From contig CDMY01000283.1 of the NCBI GenBank assembly GCA_001179505.1, positions 72,198-136,197 of the forward strand: a stretch of DNA of 64,000 nt, in the 5' to 3' direction. The notes beneath the pieces are model-generated. The model saw nothing but the letters and a program-made list of their open reading frames with translations, did no database searches and was not told where the DNA came from. A program made the position numbers and the translations under genes. Source of the DNA: Vitrella brassicaformis CCMP3155. Taxonomy: Eukaryota > Protista > Chromerida. Shown here in pieces: positions 37,901-50,374 of the stretch (position 1 is its first letter; every line of letters starts with the position of its first letter).

Positions 37901-38262
37901 TTAAGAGCGACCCTGGTCAACCAACCTCCTAGACCGCCACACCACACCGCACCCCGCCTCACAAAGAAAACGCCCCACACCCACTTGCACCACAAAGGCA
38001 GCCAAGCCAAGCCAAGCCCAGCCAGAGAGGGAGAAAAATGGAGACAGTAGGTAGGCAGTATGGTATGTCGGTAGGTCCATCAGCCAGTCGCAGAAAGCAC
38101 CCACTCATTCCTCCCTCTCCCTCTCTCCATCAACACGTGATGTGATAGCTCGTGTGTCGGATTGCCCACCAGCAGGGCAACGGAATAGCGACTCACCACC
38201 AACGCAAAAACCGCCCCATCCATCCATCCATCCATCCATCCATGGGCATCAGCAACGCGCTG

Positions 38263-39522
38263 TCAGCTCTTCTTGCCGGGCTGGTCTTGCTTGAGGCTGC
38301 TGCCGCCCGCTGCTGCTGGTGGAGGTGGTGGTGGTCGGGGAGGGGGTGGGGGAGATAGGGGCGGCTCCTCGGCCGCCATGTGCTTCTTCTCCTGCTGCTG
38401 TTTGTGTTGCAGCTGCTGTGGGCTGCCAGCGTAGCCATTGAGCCTTGGTGCGGGGGCAGGAGCGGGAGCGGGCTCTTTCTCCCTCTGCTTCTGAGGGGCG
38501 GCGGGGAGCACCTTGTCCGCCCTGTCCGAATGCTGGTGCTGGTCGGCCGCATTTAGAGTGGCATTGTTGGGGAAGACGATCTTGGTGTGCTGGCCGTCCG
38601 ACTCGCTGGCATCGAAAGCATTGAGGGCCGTCACCCCACCCAACTCGTTGCGGATGTCGGTCTCCCACTGGGTCGACTGCTGCTCCAGCTCTTGGAGGTT
38701 CCTCGTCAGCTCGTTCTCTCGCTGAGAGGCCTCCAGTGCTGCACACAACAACACACACACAGAGAGAGAGAGAGGGGGAGGGAGAGAGAGACGGGCATTT
38801 CGACGTGGCTGGGGAGGCGGGGTGTGGGTGTTGGTGAAGGACCTTCGAGGGCTTGCAGCAGTATCGCCTCGTTCTCAGCCTTGGTCTGCTCGAGGAGCTT
38901 GAGCGACATCTCGAGCTCCTCCTCCTTCTGCCGCTTGGCCCCCTCGAGCTGCTCCAGCTGCTGCCGCAGACTCAGCTCCTTCAGGGCGCTCTCCTCCCGC
39001 AGATCGGCGATGCTCCGCATGAGTGTCTCCTCGCTCTCCATCTTGGAGGCCTCCAGCTCCTTCAAAGCCGACTGGAGGCTCACCTCACTCGTGGTGGACC
39101 GCTGGTCGATGAACAGATGCACCAAAGCATACACATGATGTGTGTGGGCGAGGGTGGGAGAGGGAGGAAGGGAGGGAGGGAGGGGGTGCGTACCTCTTCA
39201 AAGGTGCGTAGGTACTCGAGGAGCTCGTCTTCCTTCTTCTGCTTCTCCACCTCCACGGACTGCAGCTGTGTCCGCAGACGGGCCTCCCTCTCGGCGGACG
39301 CCTACATGCACACATCGCACCAACACACCATCACACAATGACACACACGGCACTGCATGGTGGTGTGGGTGGGTTGGTTGAAGGGGTACCTACCTGTTCC
39401 AGGTCCATGAGGCTTCTGGTGAGCCGCTCCTCGTTCTCTTTCTTGGACGCCTCCAGGTTCTCAAGGGCCTTCCGCAGCTCAGCCTCACTCGCAGACCGCT
39501 GCACGCAATGCCACACAACACA

Positions 39523-39556
<34 letters not shown>

Positions 39557-42239
39557 TGTGGGGACGGGTGGATGGACTGATGGGTGTATCCACACACGGA
39601 CCTCTTCGTATGAGGCAAGAAACGCCAAGAGCTCCTCCTCCTTCTGCTGCTTCTCCGCCTTCAAGCTCTGCAGCTGCTGCGTCAACTCCGCCTCCCTCTG
39701 CGCACTCATAATCTCGGCCTCTCTCAGATTCTCCGTCAGCCGCATCTCCGTCTCCCTCTTGCTGGTCTCCAGCTCCTGCAGTGCGAGCCTCAGGTTGGTC
39801 TCGCTCTCCGAGGCCTGCTCCCTGTACTGGTTGAGGAAGGACAAGAGCTCCTCCTCTTTCCGCTGCTTGTCGGCCTCCATGGCTCTGAGCTGGGTCTTGA
39901 GGACGTCTTCGCGCTTGGAGCTGCTGGCTTCAAGCTGTCTTAGGGAGCTGCTGAGGCGCTCTTCGTTGCGGGACTTGGATGACTCGAGGTCTTGGAGGGC
40001 TTTCTGCAGACTCTCTTCGCGCGCAGAGCTCGCCTGCAGACAGAGAGAGAGAGGGGACAGAAAGAGTGTGTGTGTGAGTGTGTGTGGGGGAAAGAGGGGG
40101 GTTTGCGAGGTAGGGTGAGTGGGTACCTCTTGGAATGACTTGAGGTATGTGGCGAATTCCTCCTCCTTCTTCTGTTTCTCGTCCTCGATGTTGGCCAGCT
40201 TCTTCCGCAGGTCGGCCTCCCTCTCTACAGACACCTGCACCCATACACACCAATCACACACGGACATGTGAGGGCACCACAAACACACACACACACACAC
40301 ACACAACGACGAATGCATGGAGGCAGCCCCCACTAACCCACCCACAGGGATCAAGCGCACCCTCTGGATCTCCTGCAGCTGGCCAGTGAGCTTCCTCTCC
40401 CTCTCCGTCTTCTCCGTCTCCAGCGCCGACAGACTCTGCCGCAAGTCGGCCTCCTTGGCGGCACTCGTCTCCCGGAACTCCACAAGCTCCGCCTTGAGCG
40501 ATTCCTCCTGCTGCTGCTTGGCTGACTGGAGGGCGGTCATCTGTGACTTGAGCTCCGCCTCGCGCATGGTGTTGATGCGCTGCACCTCCTTGAAGGTCTG
40601 CGTGGCCCGGAGGGACTGGGAGATCTTCATCCTGACACACACAGAGGGAGAGAGGGGGAGAGGGACATATGGGAGGGACACATTGTTCTCTCTCTGTGTG
40701 GGGAGTGGGTGTGCTCGTGCTTACTCGTTGGCTTTCCTCGACGCCTCAAGAGCCTGTATTGCCTGCTTGAGGCTCGACTCAACCACCGTCCCCCGCTCCT
40801 CGACCTCCTTCAGGCTCGTGTTGAGCTCAGCCTCGATCCGCCGCTTGGCCTTCTCCAACGCCAGATCGCCAGACGGCGCAACAGACGCAGCAGAGGAGAG
40901 AGAGGGGGAGGGAGATGGAGGGGGCAGCCTGTAGGTCTGCTTGGCTGGCGTGCTGGGAGTGGTTGTGGCCGTCATGATCTTGGTCTCGAGCTCTTGTTTC
41001 CTGGCCTCAATGCTCTGCAGCACCGCCTCCCGCTCAGGAAGCGACGGCCGCATCTGTGGCTGGGGGAGGGGGGCCGCCTGAGGGACGATAGACGGGGCGG
41101 CTGGGGGCGCCTTGGCAGCAGGTGCAGGTGTTGCTGGTGCTGTTGGTGGTTTCTCAGCAGCCACAGCAACAGTCGTCGCATTCTGGGCCTCTTCGTCGAT
41201 GCCAGTGGTGTCCTGCAGCCGCCTGAATAGCCCGAGAAGGGTCTCCCAGACGGGCCCGCCCTCGATGGGCGAAGAGCCGTGAGAGGCGACGATGCACGTG
41301 ACCTCCCAGCTGCAGACGCGCTGCAGGAACACCTGGTTCCTCGCTCGGTATCGGTTGAGCACCCCCTCAACTAGCAGACCAACACGCTCATAGATGCCTG
41401 CAGGCAGCACCACCACACACACACAGAGGTGGGTCGATGAATGGGTGGTTCTGGGGTGCTCACCGATTGCTCGCGCAACGGTGCGTGTGGCGAGTTTGTC
41501 GAGGAAGGGCTGCTGTGAGATGAAGTCCTCATTGATGGTGGCGCAGAAGTCCGTCACAATGAGGGACTTGGACCGCTTGTGGAAGAACACCACCTCCCTG
41601 TAGGTCGACCCCCCATCCAGCACGGCCTGCTCGAGCGTCCGCCGCCACGTGGAGGGCACCTCGTCGGAGAGGATCTCGTTGATGCGGTAGGTGTTGTCTT
41701 GGTCTGGAGGCCGCGCTGCATACACCGGTGCGTCGGGGTATCTGTCGGCGAAGGTCTTGACGTAGATCTGGTGCTCGGGGGCGGTGTTGGCCACCACAAT
41801 GCCGGCAACCTTGCCGCCCAGGCTGTTGAGCAGCCGCATGCACTCCCGCGTGGGCGCCACTGGGTTGATCACCAACAGGTCACCGCTACCTGCACACACA
41901 CAACACCACACCCACACATGTGCATCCATCCATTCACCCGCCCATCCATCCATCAGCTGACCTTCCAGCCTGACAACGACCGATCTCAGTCCAGCATTGA
42001 CCCCGGCCGCCAGCAGCGGCTGCTCGAGGAAGTAGAGGCCGTCGCCTATTGATCGTAGGATGGTCTCCCGCTCGTAGAAGGGCGGCAGCGAGCTGCGGTA
42101 GTACCTGTTGAGGTTGGTGGGCTGCACGCGCTGAGTGGCCGCCTCGGCCAGGGTGGTGAACATCTGGTTGGTGGGGTTCAGCAGGAACGTCTGCAGATTG
42201 TCCGTCTGATCTGCAATCATTGCAGACACAGACCGGCAG

Positions 42240-42273
<34 letters not shown>

Positions 42274-42811
42274 TGTGTGTGTCAACTCACTCAGCAGCTC
42301 CTTCGCACGAGTAGTGTTGACGTCGTTCTTGTCAAAAAACTCATCGATCTTGTCAAGCGTCGTCTTCGTGGCGCTGGCCAGCGCCTGGTTGATCCCCTGC
42401 TCCTCGCCAAACTTCTTAGTCGACGTCAGCATGTCCATCACCGCCCCCGCCACCTCCCGCAGCTTCCCCCCAGCAGCCGTGTTCCGGGTTGCCTCAATCG
42501 TCGCCAACGCGCCCGTCGAGAAGGCCAGCAACGGCATATCCCCGCCGCTCGCAAGCGCGATGAGCATGCCCGCCCCCGTGCCGAGGGCGGACACGGCGTA
42601 TAGCTTGGACCGCATTTCTTCGGTGGTGTCGCGCGTGAAGACAGTGGGGTCGTCTGGGCTGAGGTACTCGGGGTCGAAGGCGAAGGCCTCGTCGTTCCTC
42701 CTCTCCATTTGGAAGACCCGACGCAGTGGCTTGGCCCACGAGTTGATTGGGGAGGGGGCGGGAGAGGGGGCTGGAGGAGGGGGAGAGGGAGAGGGAGGCT
42801 TGGCTGATGCC

Positions 42812-42848
<37 letters not shown>

Positions 42849-43233
42849 GTGGTTGTTGCTGCTGCGCATTGGCTGCCGTCTTGTCACCACTACTTGACGG
42901 TGATGGTGCTGGCTCGGATGACGACCCGCCAGCCTCACTGCTGCCTTCCTCAGCTCCTTCAGAACCCTTGGCAGCCGATGAAAGAAGCGGCAAAAGAGAG
43001 TGCCGATGCCTCCTTGAAGCAGGAACAGATCCTCGATAGCCACGCCCACGCACAGGCAGCAAGATCTCCATTCGCCGGCCACCAAAGCCACCAAAGCGCG
43101 CCGAATGGATGAACAGCGCTTCTCGAAAAGGAACCATTGACCCTTGCCATGTCTGCCGCCTCTGGAGGCCGTGAATAGCGAAAACCAAAGGAAGGAGTGA
43201 GGCAAACGCCAGAAGAGCCATCACCAGCGCCAT
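38263..43233 (-). CDS. Signal-peptide protein with DUF4336 (metallo-beta-lactamase-like) domain and long repetitive coiled-coil tail
   Basis: MALVMALLAFASLLPLVFA signal; LLVINPVAPTREC...PEHQIYVKTFADRYPDAPVY...EVVFFHKRSKSLIVTD is recognisable as DUF4336; later exons encode K/E/L/Q-rich heptads; stop at 38263. Confidence 0.8.
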
Positions 43234-43558
43234 GCTGACTTTGCCACAGCTTCACTGGGCTCGGTTCAGCATGCAGGGAGGGGTGTGGATGGGCGAGAGT
43301 GGACGAAACATCCGCCACAGCTGCTCGAATGCCTCGACAGATGCCGTTTGCTTCGGTTGTCGGAACGCTGAGATCTCGTTCTTGACGGGTCAGGTAGCCA
43401 GCTGCGATCAACGCCGAGGTTCAATCACGGGGTTACTCAAAAGGCGAGCTTGCACAACATACAAGCTCGCGATTGAAGGGGAGGGAGAAAAAGGCGGGAG
43501 GAGGCCTGGTGCACGCAGGCTTCCTGCTGTTCGCCCATCCACCGATTGCGAGGCAGCG

Positions 43559-44578
43559 ATGCCGAAAGTACCTGCCGGCATGGTAGACAAGGCAGGAGGC
43601 TATGCGGCAGAAGGCGATGATGATAAGTCCGACCTCAAACGCGTCCGCGGCTGGTCCGTTATCACTGCCGGATTTTGCCTCGAGCTCATCGGGGCGGGGC
43701 TATCCTTCCCAGTTCTCCCGTACTTCGCGCTTCAAGATCTGGGTGGCAAGGCGACTCACCTGGGGATGATGGCCGGCTTCTTCTCTCTCAGCCAGGCGGT
43801 CGGTGCAGGCGTGTTCGGCGCACTCTCGGACGCCATCGGGCGCAAGCCGCTCATTCTCAATGCGTTCGTTATTGCGGGCTGTGGATGGCTGCTGACCAGC
43901 CTTGCCCCTTCTATCAATTGGCTGATCGCCGCTCGGGGTCTGGCGGGCATCTCGGGCGGATCCATACCCTTCATGCAAGGTGAGTGAGATGGGAGAGAGG
44001 TGGGCCAGCTGCGTTGTGTCTGCGGTCTGATGGTGTTCTGTGGGGGTGTGTGTGCAGCGATCACGTGTGACATGTCTGTTGCCACTGACCGTGCGAGCAT
44101 GCTTGCCCTGGTCGGTGCTTCAGTCGGCCTCGCCACCATCATCGGCCCCGCGGCCGCGGCGCTGCTCGAAGCATACCTCGGCCTCAACAGACGGCTCATT
44201 CTCGCCGCATCCGGTGGCTTCGGGCTCACGGCGTTCCTCATCGGCTACTGGTTCTTTGTCGAATCCCACCCACAGGAGCGGAGAAGGCGCCAGCAGTCGC
44301 TCTATAACAACAATAGCAATAAGACATTGGCACCATATGACGATGCAGAGGCGGCCATCCCTCTGTGTGGCGGGAGGGGTGCCTGGGAGGGCATCAGCTG
44401 CGTGGGGGTGTCCCTGTGCTGCCTGGGGAAGCTCCTGACCATGCTGTGTTTCGCTGTGATGCCTGCCACTTACCCGGCGCTTCTGCGGGACTCCTTCGGG
44501 TTTGGAGATATTGAGCTAGGCCTTATATTATTCTTCGGAGGCGTTGTAGGAGCTATGACACAGGTGCGCTGCACACGC

Positions 44579-44609
<31 letters not shown>

Positions 44610-45279
44610 GACCCTTGCCCATGTGTGTCCGTCTCGCCCTCTCCCTCTTTGTGCAGCTGTGTGTTCTCACCCATCTGATGCACATCGCCGGCCCTCACGG
44701 CCTCGTAGTCATCGGCGCCACCCTACTCGGCTTCGGCCTGGCGCTCGAGCCGCCCCTGGCAGCAGCCCTGGGCTTCCAGGCCCACCTGATGGCCGTGCTG
44801 GCCTTCTCTGTGGGCGTGGCCATCCTGCTGCCCGGGTTCGCCAATCTCGTGTCGCTATACTCCACGGAAGCTCATCAGGGATGGGCGCAAGGTCAGAGAG
44901 AGATGGGGATGGATGGATGGCCGACAGACGCGTCATGGTCTTGTTGTTCATGTTCATGCAGGTATCCTGAATTCATCCCGTGCGTGTGCCCTCATTCTCG
45001 GGTACATGTGTGCGGGGGTGCTGTACGACAAGCTAGGGCCCACCTGGCCGTATCTCTTGGGCGGGGTCATGGCCCTCTGCGGCGGGGCGGCGGCATACGC
45101 CGCCCACCTCCTGGCCACCCCAGTCGTAGCTATCGAAAGCATCGAGAAGAAGAGCTCTAAGGTGCGCAGATATCCGCACCGGCAACATGAGCGTTGACAC
45201 ATACGTGAGTTGTGTGTGTCAGGGTGTGGCGACGGTGGCTCGCCGCGTCATGAAGGCGCACGGGCTGTGCCGATGCTGA
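43559..45279 (+). CDS. Major facilitator superfamily transporter (TetA/DHA1-like)
   Basis: Multiple hydrophobic helices and MFS motif A GALSDAIGRKP; spliced exons through ...EKKSSK, then GVATVARRVMKAHGLCRC*. Confidence 0.88.
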
Positions 45280-45805
45280 GTCTCTCTCTGCCCTTGTCTG
45301 TCTGTCTGTCTGTCTGCCTGTCGTCGGCCATCGATCGATCCGCCATGTAGATCATAAGGAGCTGATAGTGTGTGCATATTGATTTTTCGGCTGCCTTGCT
45401 TGCTTGCTTTCGCAGAGAGATTTCTGCTTCGTGTGGGATGGATGTGTACAGCCGCATTTGTCACTGTGTGGGGCTGTTGATAGGGAGGGGGCTGGTCTAG
45501 GGCGCTTGGGCGGGGCGTGAGCCATTTGCTTGGACTGAGAGGACCTCAGCGCTGTACAGGGTCGTTGCTTCGGACAAACTCACTATCAACACAGACACAG
45601 AGAGACAATCGGTGTTCCCTCTCCCTTTCGATCGGTGTTCCCTCTCCCCCCCCCTGCCGCAATCATGCACCATACTCCCCTCCCCTGCCGCAATCATGCA
45701 CCATACTCCTGCCCCCTCCCTGTGCCCTTCAGTTCCGGTCAATTTACATCACCTGTACGGGCGAAAATCGTTGATTCCCATTTCTACTGTTTCCCCCCGA
45801 TCACG

Positions 45806-46144
45806 ATGGCGCGTTTGGGTGTCGCTTTGCTGGCCCTCCTGCTGGCCCTGTGCGGATCAATCTGCCAGTCGCAGGACACTGTGGCAGACCAGCTCCAGAG
45901 GCTTATCGGAGATCGTGACGAGGTCACGAGGTTGGCGATGGATGGATTCGACGTCATCCGGGGAGGGCGTGGCGTGCGTAGCGGCAGAGACATTGTCGGC
46001 CGCACATCGCGTTTTGGTCCGCCTGGGGGCGGCAGGCGGCTTCAATCGGGCTTGCAAGGCTCCCTCCTGGACCACCTTCTCAGCAGACACCCAGAGATCA
46101 CCCGCCGTGCGCCCTTTTCGAAGCCCTCGTCCATGTTTGGTTAA
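45806..46144 (+). CDS. Small secreted Gly/Arg-rich protein (single exon, 112 aa)
   Basis: MARLGVALLALLLALCGSICQS signal-like N-terminus; open to TAA at 46142-46144; shares a motif with the 48353-50240 gene. Confidence 0.7.
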   Translation: MARLGVALLALLLALCGSICQSQDTVADQLQRLIGDRDEVTRLAMDGFDVIRGGRGVRSGRDIVGRTSRFGPPGGGRRLQSGLQGSLLDHLLSRHPEITRRAPFSKPSSMFG

Positions 46145-46658
46145 AGGAGGTTGAGTCGGTAAGGATGGAAGACGAGATGAATGCTCGGCAAGCAGTTTGT
46201 TTCCCTTTTTGTTGTCTCTGCAGGAGGTCGCTGTGTGTGCTGAAGACGGCGATTGCACTCTCCCTTTCTCCGAGGAGTCTTCAACACAATGACCGCGTTT
46301 CGAATAGAGTGGTGGGCCGCTCGCTGTTGTCGACTGTCTGCATGTATGTTTGTATTAGATGGCTATGGTGGTTCTGTGGTGGAATGCTTCTCTATCCATC
46401 ATGGTCGTGAATTTGTCGTGCGTGTATTTGTGGAGAGGACGGATGAATGTTCCGTCAACCTGCATGCCTATGAAACTGAAAGGGATGCTGGCGGCCACTA
46501 GTTGCGTGTCTGCCTGACTATGAATGGACAATTGGTAGGACCGCATGATGACCTTGCGATCGATAGCATTCACGTCAATGCATCAATTGTCCCTCACACA
46601 CACGTATGTCTGTCTGTCTGTCTGTATGTCAGTCCGTCTGACTGTTCCCGCTTGGTCT

Positions 46659-47577
46659 TCACACCATCACGGCTGAGTCATCGCTCTCTGGTTCCTCCAA
46701 GGGCTGAGGCACACTTGTATCGCCATCAGCAGGGGCGGCTTGGTAGACGGGCGGCTTGTAGGAGCCGAGGAGGGAGCGATCGTCGACGCGATGTACGTCG
46801 TGGCTGGGCGAGAAAGCTGATGAGAAAGACATACGCATACATGACAGACACGACACACCACAGATGATTGAGTGGTCCATGTGTGTGCTTTGTATTGATC
46901 GACCGTGGTGCCATTTGGTCTTCATGTCGGTCTGTGCGTCGTAGTTGAGATTGATGCAGCCACACAGGAGGATGAGCAGCGAGTTTATGGCGATCGACGC
47001 GAGACACTTGACCACAAGCAACAGACCGCCTGCAAGCAGACAGACGCATAGACACATGCAGGCTTCTCCTTCACACACACACATTCCTTCTCCATCTACT
47101 TCCTACGGATGTCGAGGCTGATGATGAGCGCGACGGGAGCGGCCACGAGCAGGACCAGATATCCGATCACAGCCAACCTGCCAAACCATCATACCATCAC
47201 ATGCTTCCTTTGCATCCAACGACGTTTGCTCAATACGGTACCACGCCGGAGGCATCACGCCACCCATGTGGAACTGAAGGAGGTGACGCGATTGTGAGCG
47301 CGGAAAACCGTGAACGCCAGCAGAGGTACAGACCAGCCAGCCAGAGGCATCACACCCTGCACGACAGACACAAGCACACACACTCATGCTGATCATGCTG
47401 TTTGTTTGTTTGCTTGTCTCTCTCTGTATGTCTGCATACCGTGCACACATAGTAGATGATGACAGTAAACTGGTAGAGTGCGAGCAGAGACATGGGTTTC
47501 TTCGTCTTCTCCTCGAGCCAGGCCACGCACTCGTCACGGAGCGCACTGAGTCTCACTGACACGGTACAGGCGGACAT
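46659..47577 (-). CDS. Small multi-pass membrane protein of unknown function (5 exons)
   Basis: Manual splice gives hydrophobic segments LLALYQFTVIIYY, VMPLAGWSVPLLAFTVF, LAVIGYLVLLVAAPVALII and LLLVVKCLASIAINSLLILLCGCI, plus an acidic tail. One donor choice is ambiguous. Confidence 0.5.
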
Positions 47578-48352
47578 CGTGACTCAGAAGTCAGGGCAAT
47601 CAATCGAATCAATCAATCGTGTCTCCAGTTGTGCTTTGCTTGCTGTGCTCGGCTCGTTTGACTCACGAGTTTGTCTGTCGTTTAAACGATCGATCGATCG
47701 ATCACATTCACATGTATGTGAAATGTATGTACCTATGTACAATCGATCATGAACGCCCGATCTAACGCGTCAACGCCAAACATCTCTGTCTGTGAGTGTA
47801 GTGTGTCTCCGCACGCCGACACGGCTATCTTTTCTCAGGTGGACGAGAGACAAGCAAGCAGGGCATCCATTTAAATACATGGCACGGACACAAGACACAA
47901 GGCACACAACGAATCAGAAGGCGCACACTAAATGCTACCTACAGGCCGTATATCCGTATGAACATCTGCAGGCTACGTTTCCCTCCATGATCGATGCCAT
48001 CCACTGAAGGCACGCAGCCACTAAGCATGCACCAATCCCAGGCATGCACTCACTGACAGGTCGACAACGGAAAAGGTCGAGTCAGAAAAGCACAACCTCT
48101 ACGTGTGTACCATCCCCTACTACCCGGTTCCTTCTCTCTCCGTATGTGTGTCTATGTGACTGTCCAAAGACTTCTCGTCTAGGTCCCTCAAAAACCATCC
48201 ATCCATCGACGGACCCAGGGTCATACAAAGAAAGACACATATAGATCCACGCATCCTTCCATGTACACTCTGTGCCCGATCGAGCCATCGTGTCAACGAC
48301 ACGACGCCTGTACGAACAAAGCAACGGCTGGTGTGTACTCAAGACGATCGTG

Positions 48353-50240
48353 TCATGAGTCCTGCCGCGCCAAAACCCGCATCTCAAAAGGGTCGATCAC
48401 ATATCGGCAGCAGTAGCTGTCAACACACCCCAGCCTCTCCGGGCATCCCACCTCGTCCACCACAGTGTAGTTCCTGCCCTCACTCGGCAACACCTGCCGA
48501 CAGTCACCCTTTGCCGGCACCTCACACACGTCGCCTCTGCTCTTCGCTCCCTCTTCTTCATCTCTCAGCAGCTGTCTCTTTCGCCGCCTGTCGCCCCCAG
48601 GGCCGCCGAAAGGCGATGTGCGGCCGACGATGTTCCTGCCGCCCCGACTGCCCCCGAAGCCTCCGCCTCGGATGATGTCGAATCCATCTCTGGGCGGCCT
48701 GACGCGGCCGCCACCTCCGATAACCCGCCGTGAGTTGTCGTCTTGGCCTCCAATGATGGGCGTGATGATGCGACTATCATCACCAGGGGCGGGGTTGAAG
48801 CCAACTGGATGAGCGCAGCGATACACACAGCATAGTCGGGTTCTGTTGTTGGCTCGTGTCTCTGTCTTGTTGCCACTTACCGCATCTGAGTCCGGTCACT
48901 CCGCCGGTCAGTATGAAGCGACAACCATTTGTGCAGCAGTCGGACATAAACCGGCATGTGCCGCCCGTGGGGACGCATCGAGGTGTCGGGGAGACGGGCG
49001 GCTTGATGGGCACCACGATCGGCACAGGCGGCTTGACGACCGGCAGCGTGTCGTTAACTGGGGAGGTGCCATTGATGGGCTCTGTGCCGTTGATGGGCTG
49101 GGTGCCATTGATGGGAAGCGTGGCGTTTCCTGGGGAAGTATCGTTGATGGGCAGAGTGTCGTTGCCAGGGGCCGTCCCATTAATGGGCTGCGTGTCATTC
49201 ACAACGATCGGCAGACTGATGGTGTCGTCGTCATCATCATCATCGTCGTCATCGTCATCATCAACTGGCCTGATAATGATCTGCTCCGTCCCCTGCTGCT
49301 GCTGCCGCGCTGATGACATGGGCACTTCCACCGCTGTCTCCTCTTCTTCTTCTGGGCCGTGGAGACTGCCTGGCTCTTTACAGGGAGGGGATCGCACGGC
49401 TCTGCACAGCACACAAGGCAGGCCAACACAACATCACCATGTATGCTGTCGTCCACCCGTAGCTGACCTACCTGTCACGGTCGGGTCAGGTGGCGGCAGT
49501 TCCGTACTCGCCTTCACGCCCCCATCGTCTCCGTCCTCAGTCCCCATAGAGCAGGGGGGGTTGTCACAGGGAGGAGGATCCTCCCCGCCAGTGCCATCCG
49601 GCTCTCTGCACGGGGGGGAGCCACACACGTCGGTGACTGTCGGGTGGATAAACGTGATGTTGACAATGATGTCGTCAGCAGGCCCGGGGGCTGGTGCTTG
49701 TGCTGGAATATCGTCGATGGCTGTGGAGCATGGCGGCTCAGGACACACCTCCTTGTCCATAGAGCAAGGGGGATGCCCGCAGGTGTCGGTGACTTGGGGG
49801 TCGCCAACATCCTGAATGTCAGCTTCTGTCTGGTCGTCGACAGGCTCTGCACACAATACACAACACAGACGCATTCTTGAGGGCCCCGGGACTGCTGCGT
49901 CCTCCGTTGCTCACCTGGGCATATTGAGCACGTGCTCGCAATGCAATTGGCCTCGGGGTGGGTCAGGCAGTAGTTGCTCACGCCTGATACACACACACGC
50001 ACACACACACGCACACACACACACACACACAGAGAGAGAGAGATGACTGACCCTGGGGGCGTCCATGGCCTTTGTTCTGTGGCTCTCACCAGAGCAGAGT
50101 ATGCCCGACTCGCACTCGCACGCCGCATCCGACTCTGTGCAGGCCGTATCCCTCTCAGTCTGAGCATCGGCAACAGCAGCAAACACTGTCAAGGCCAGCA
50201 GCAAGTGGGCGCTTGCTGCCAGCCTCAGGCCGAGCTTCAT
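48353..50240 (-). CDS. Large secreted modular Cys-rich glycoprotein (8-Cys module, CxxPPC repeats, poly-Asp, NxT repeats, knottin-like motif, GR-rich segment, C-terminal 6-Cys module)
   Basis: MKLGLRLAASAHLLLALTVFAAVADA signal; exons joined by GT-AG introns. The junction at ~49470/49400 needs the downstream gtcagc donor to reach the frame encoding RSPPCKEP...; stop at 48353. Confidence 0.72.
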
Positions 50241-50374
50241 TTGTGCTGCTCGCGGTCGCGAGACGGTGCAAGATGAAGCTATCAAGGCCGGCGGCCTCTC
50301 CGCTTTGAATGCCCGTTTGTCAACGCTCAAAAAGTCTCGAACCGAAATTATAACACTGCCTAGGGGGGAGGAGG

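Noticed and set aside
45609-45712. Two small tandem duplications upstream of the small secreted gene as regulatory sites
   Set aside because: Consistent with ordinary slippage; no functional evidence.
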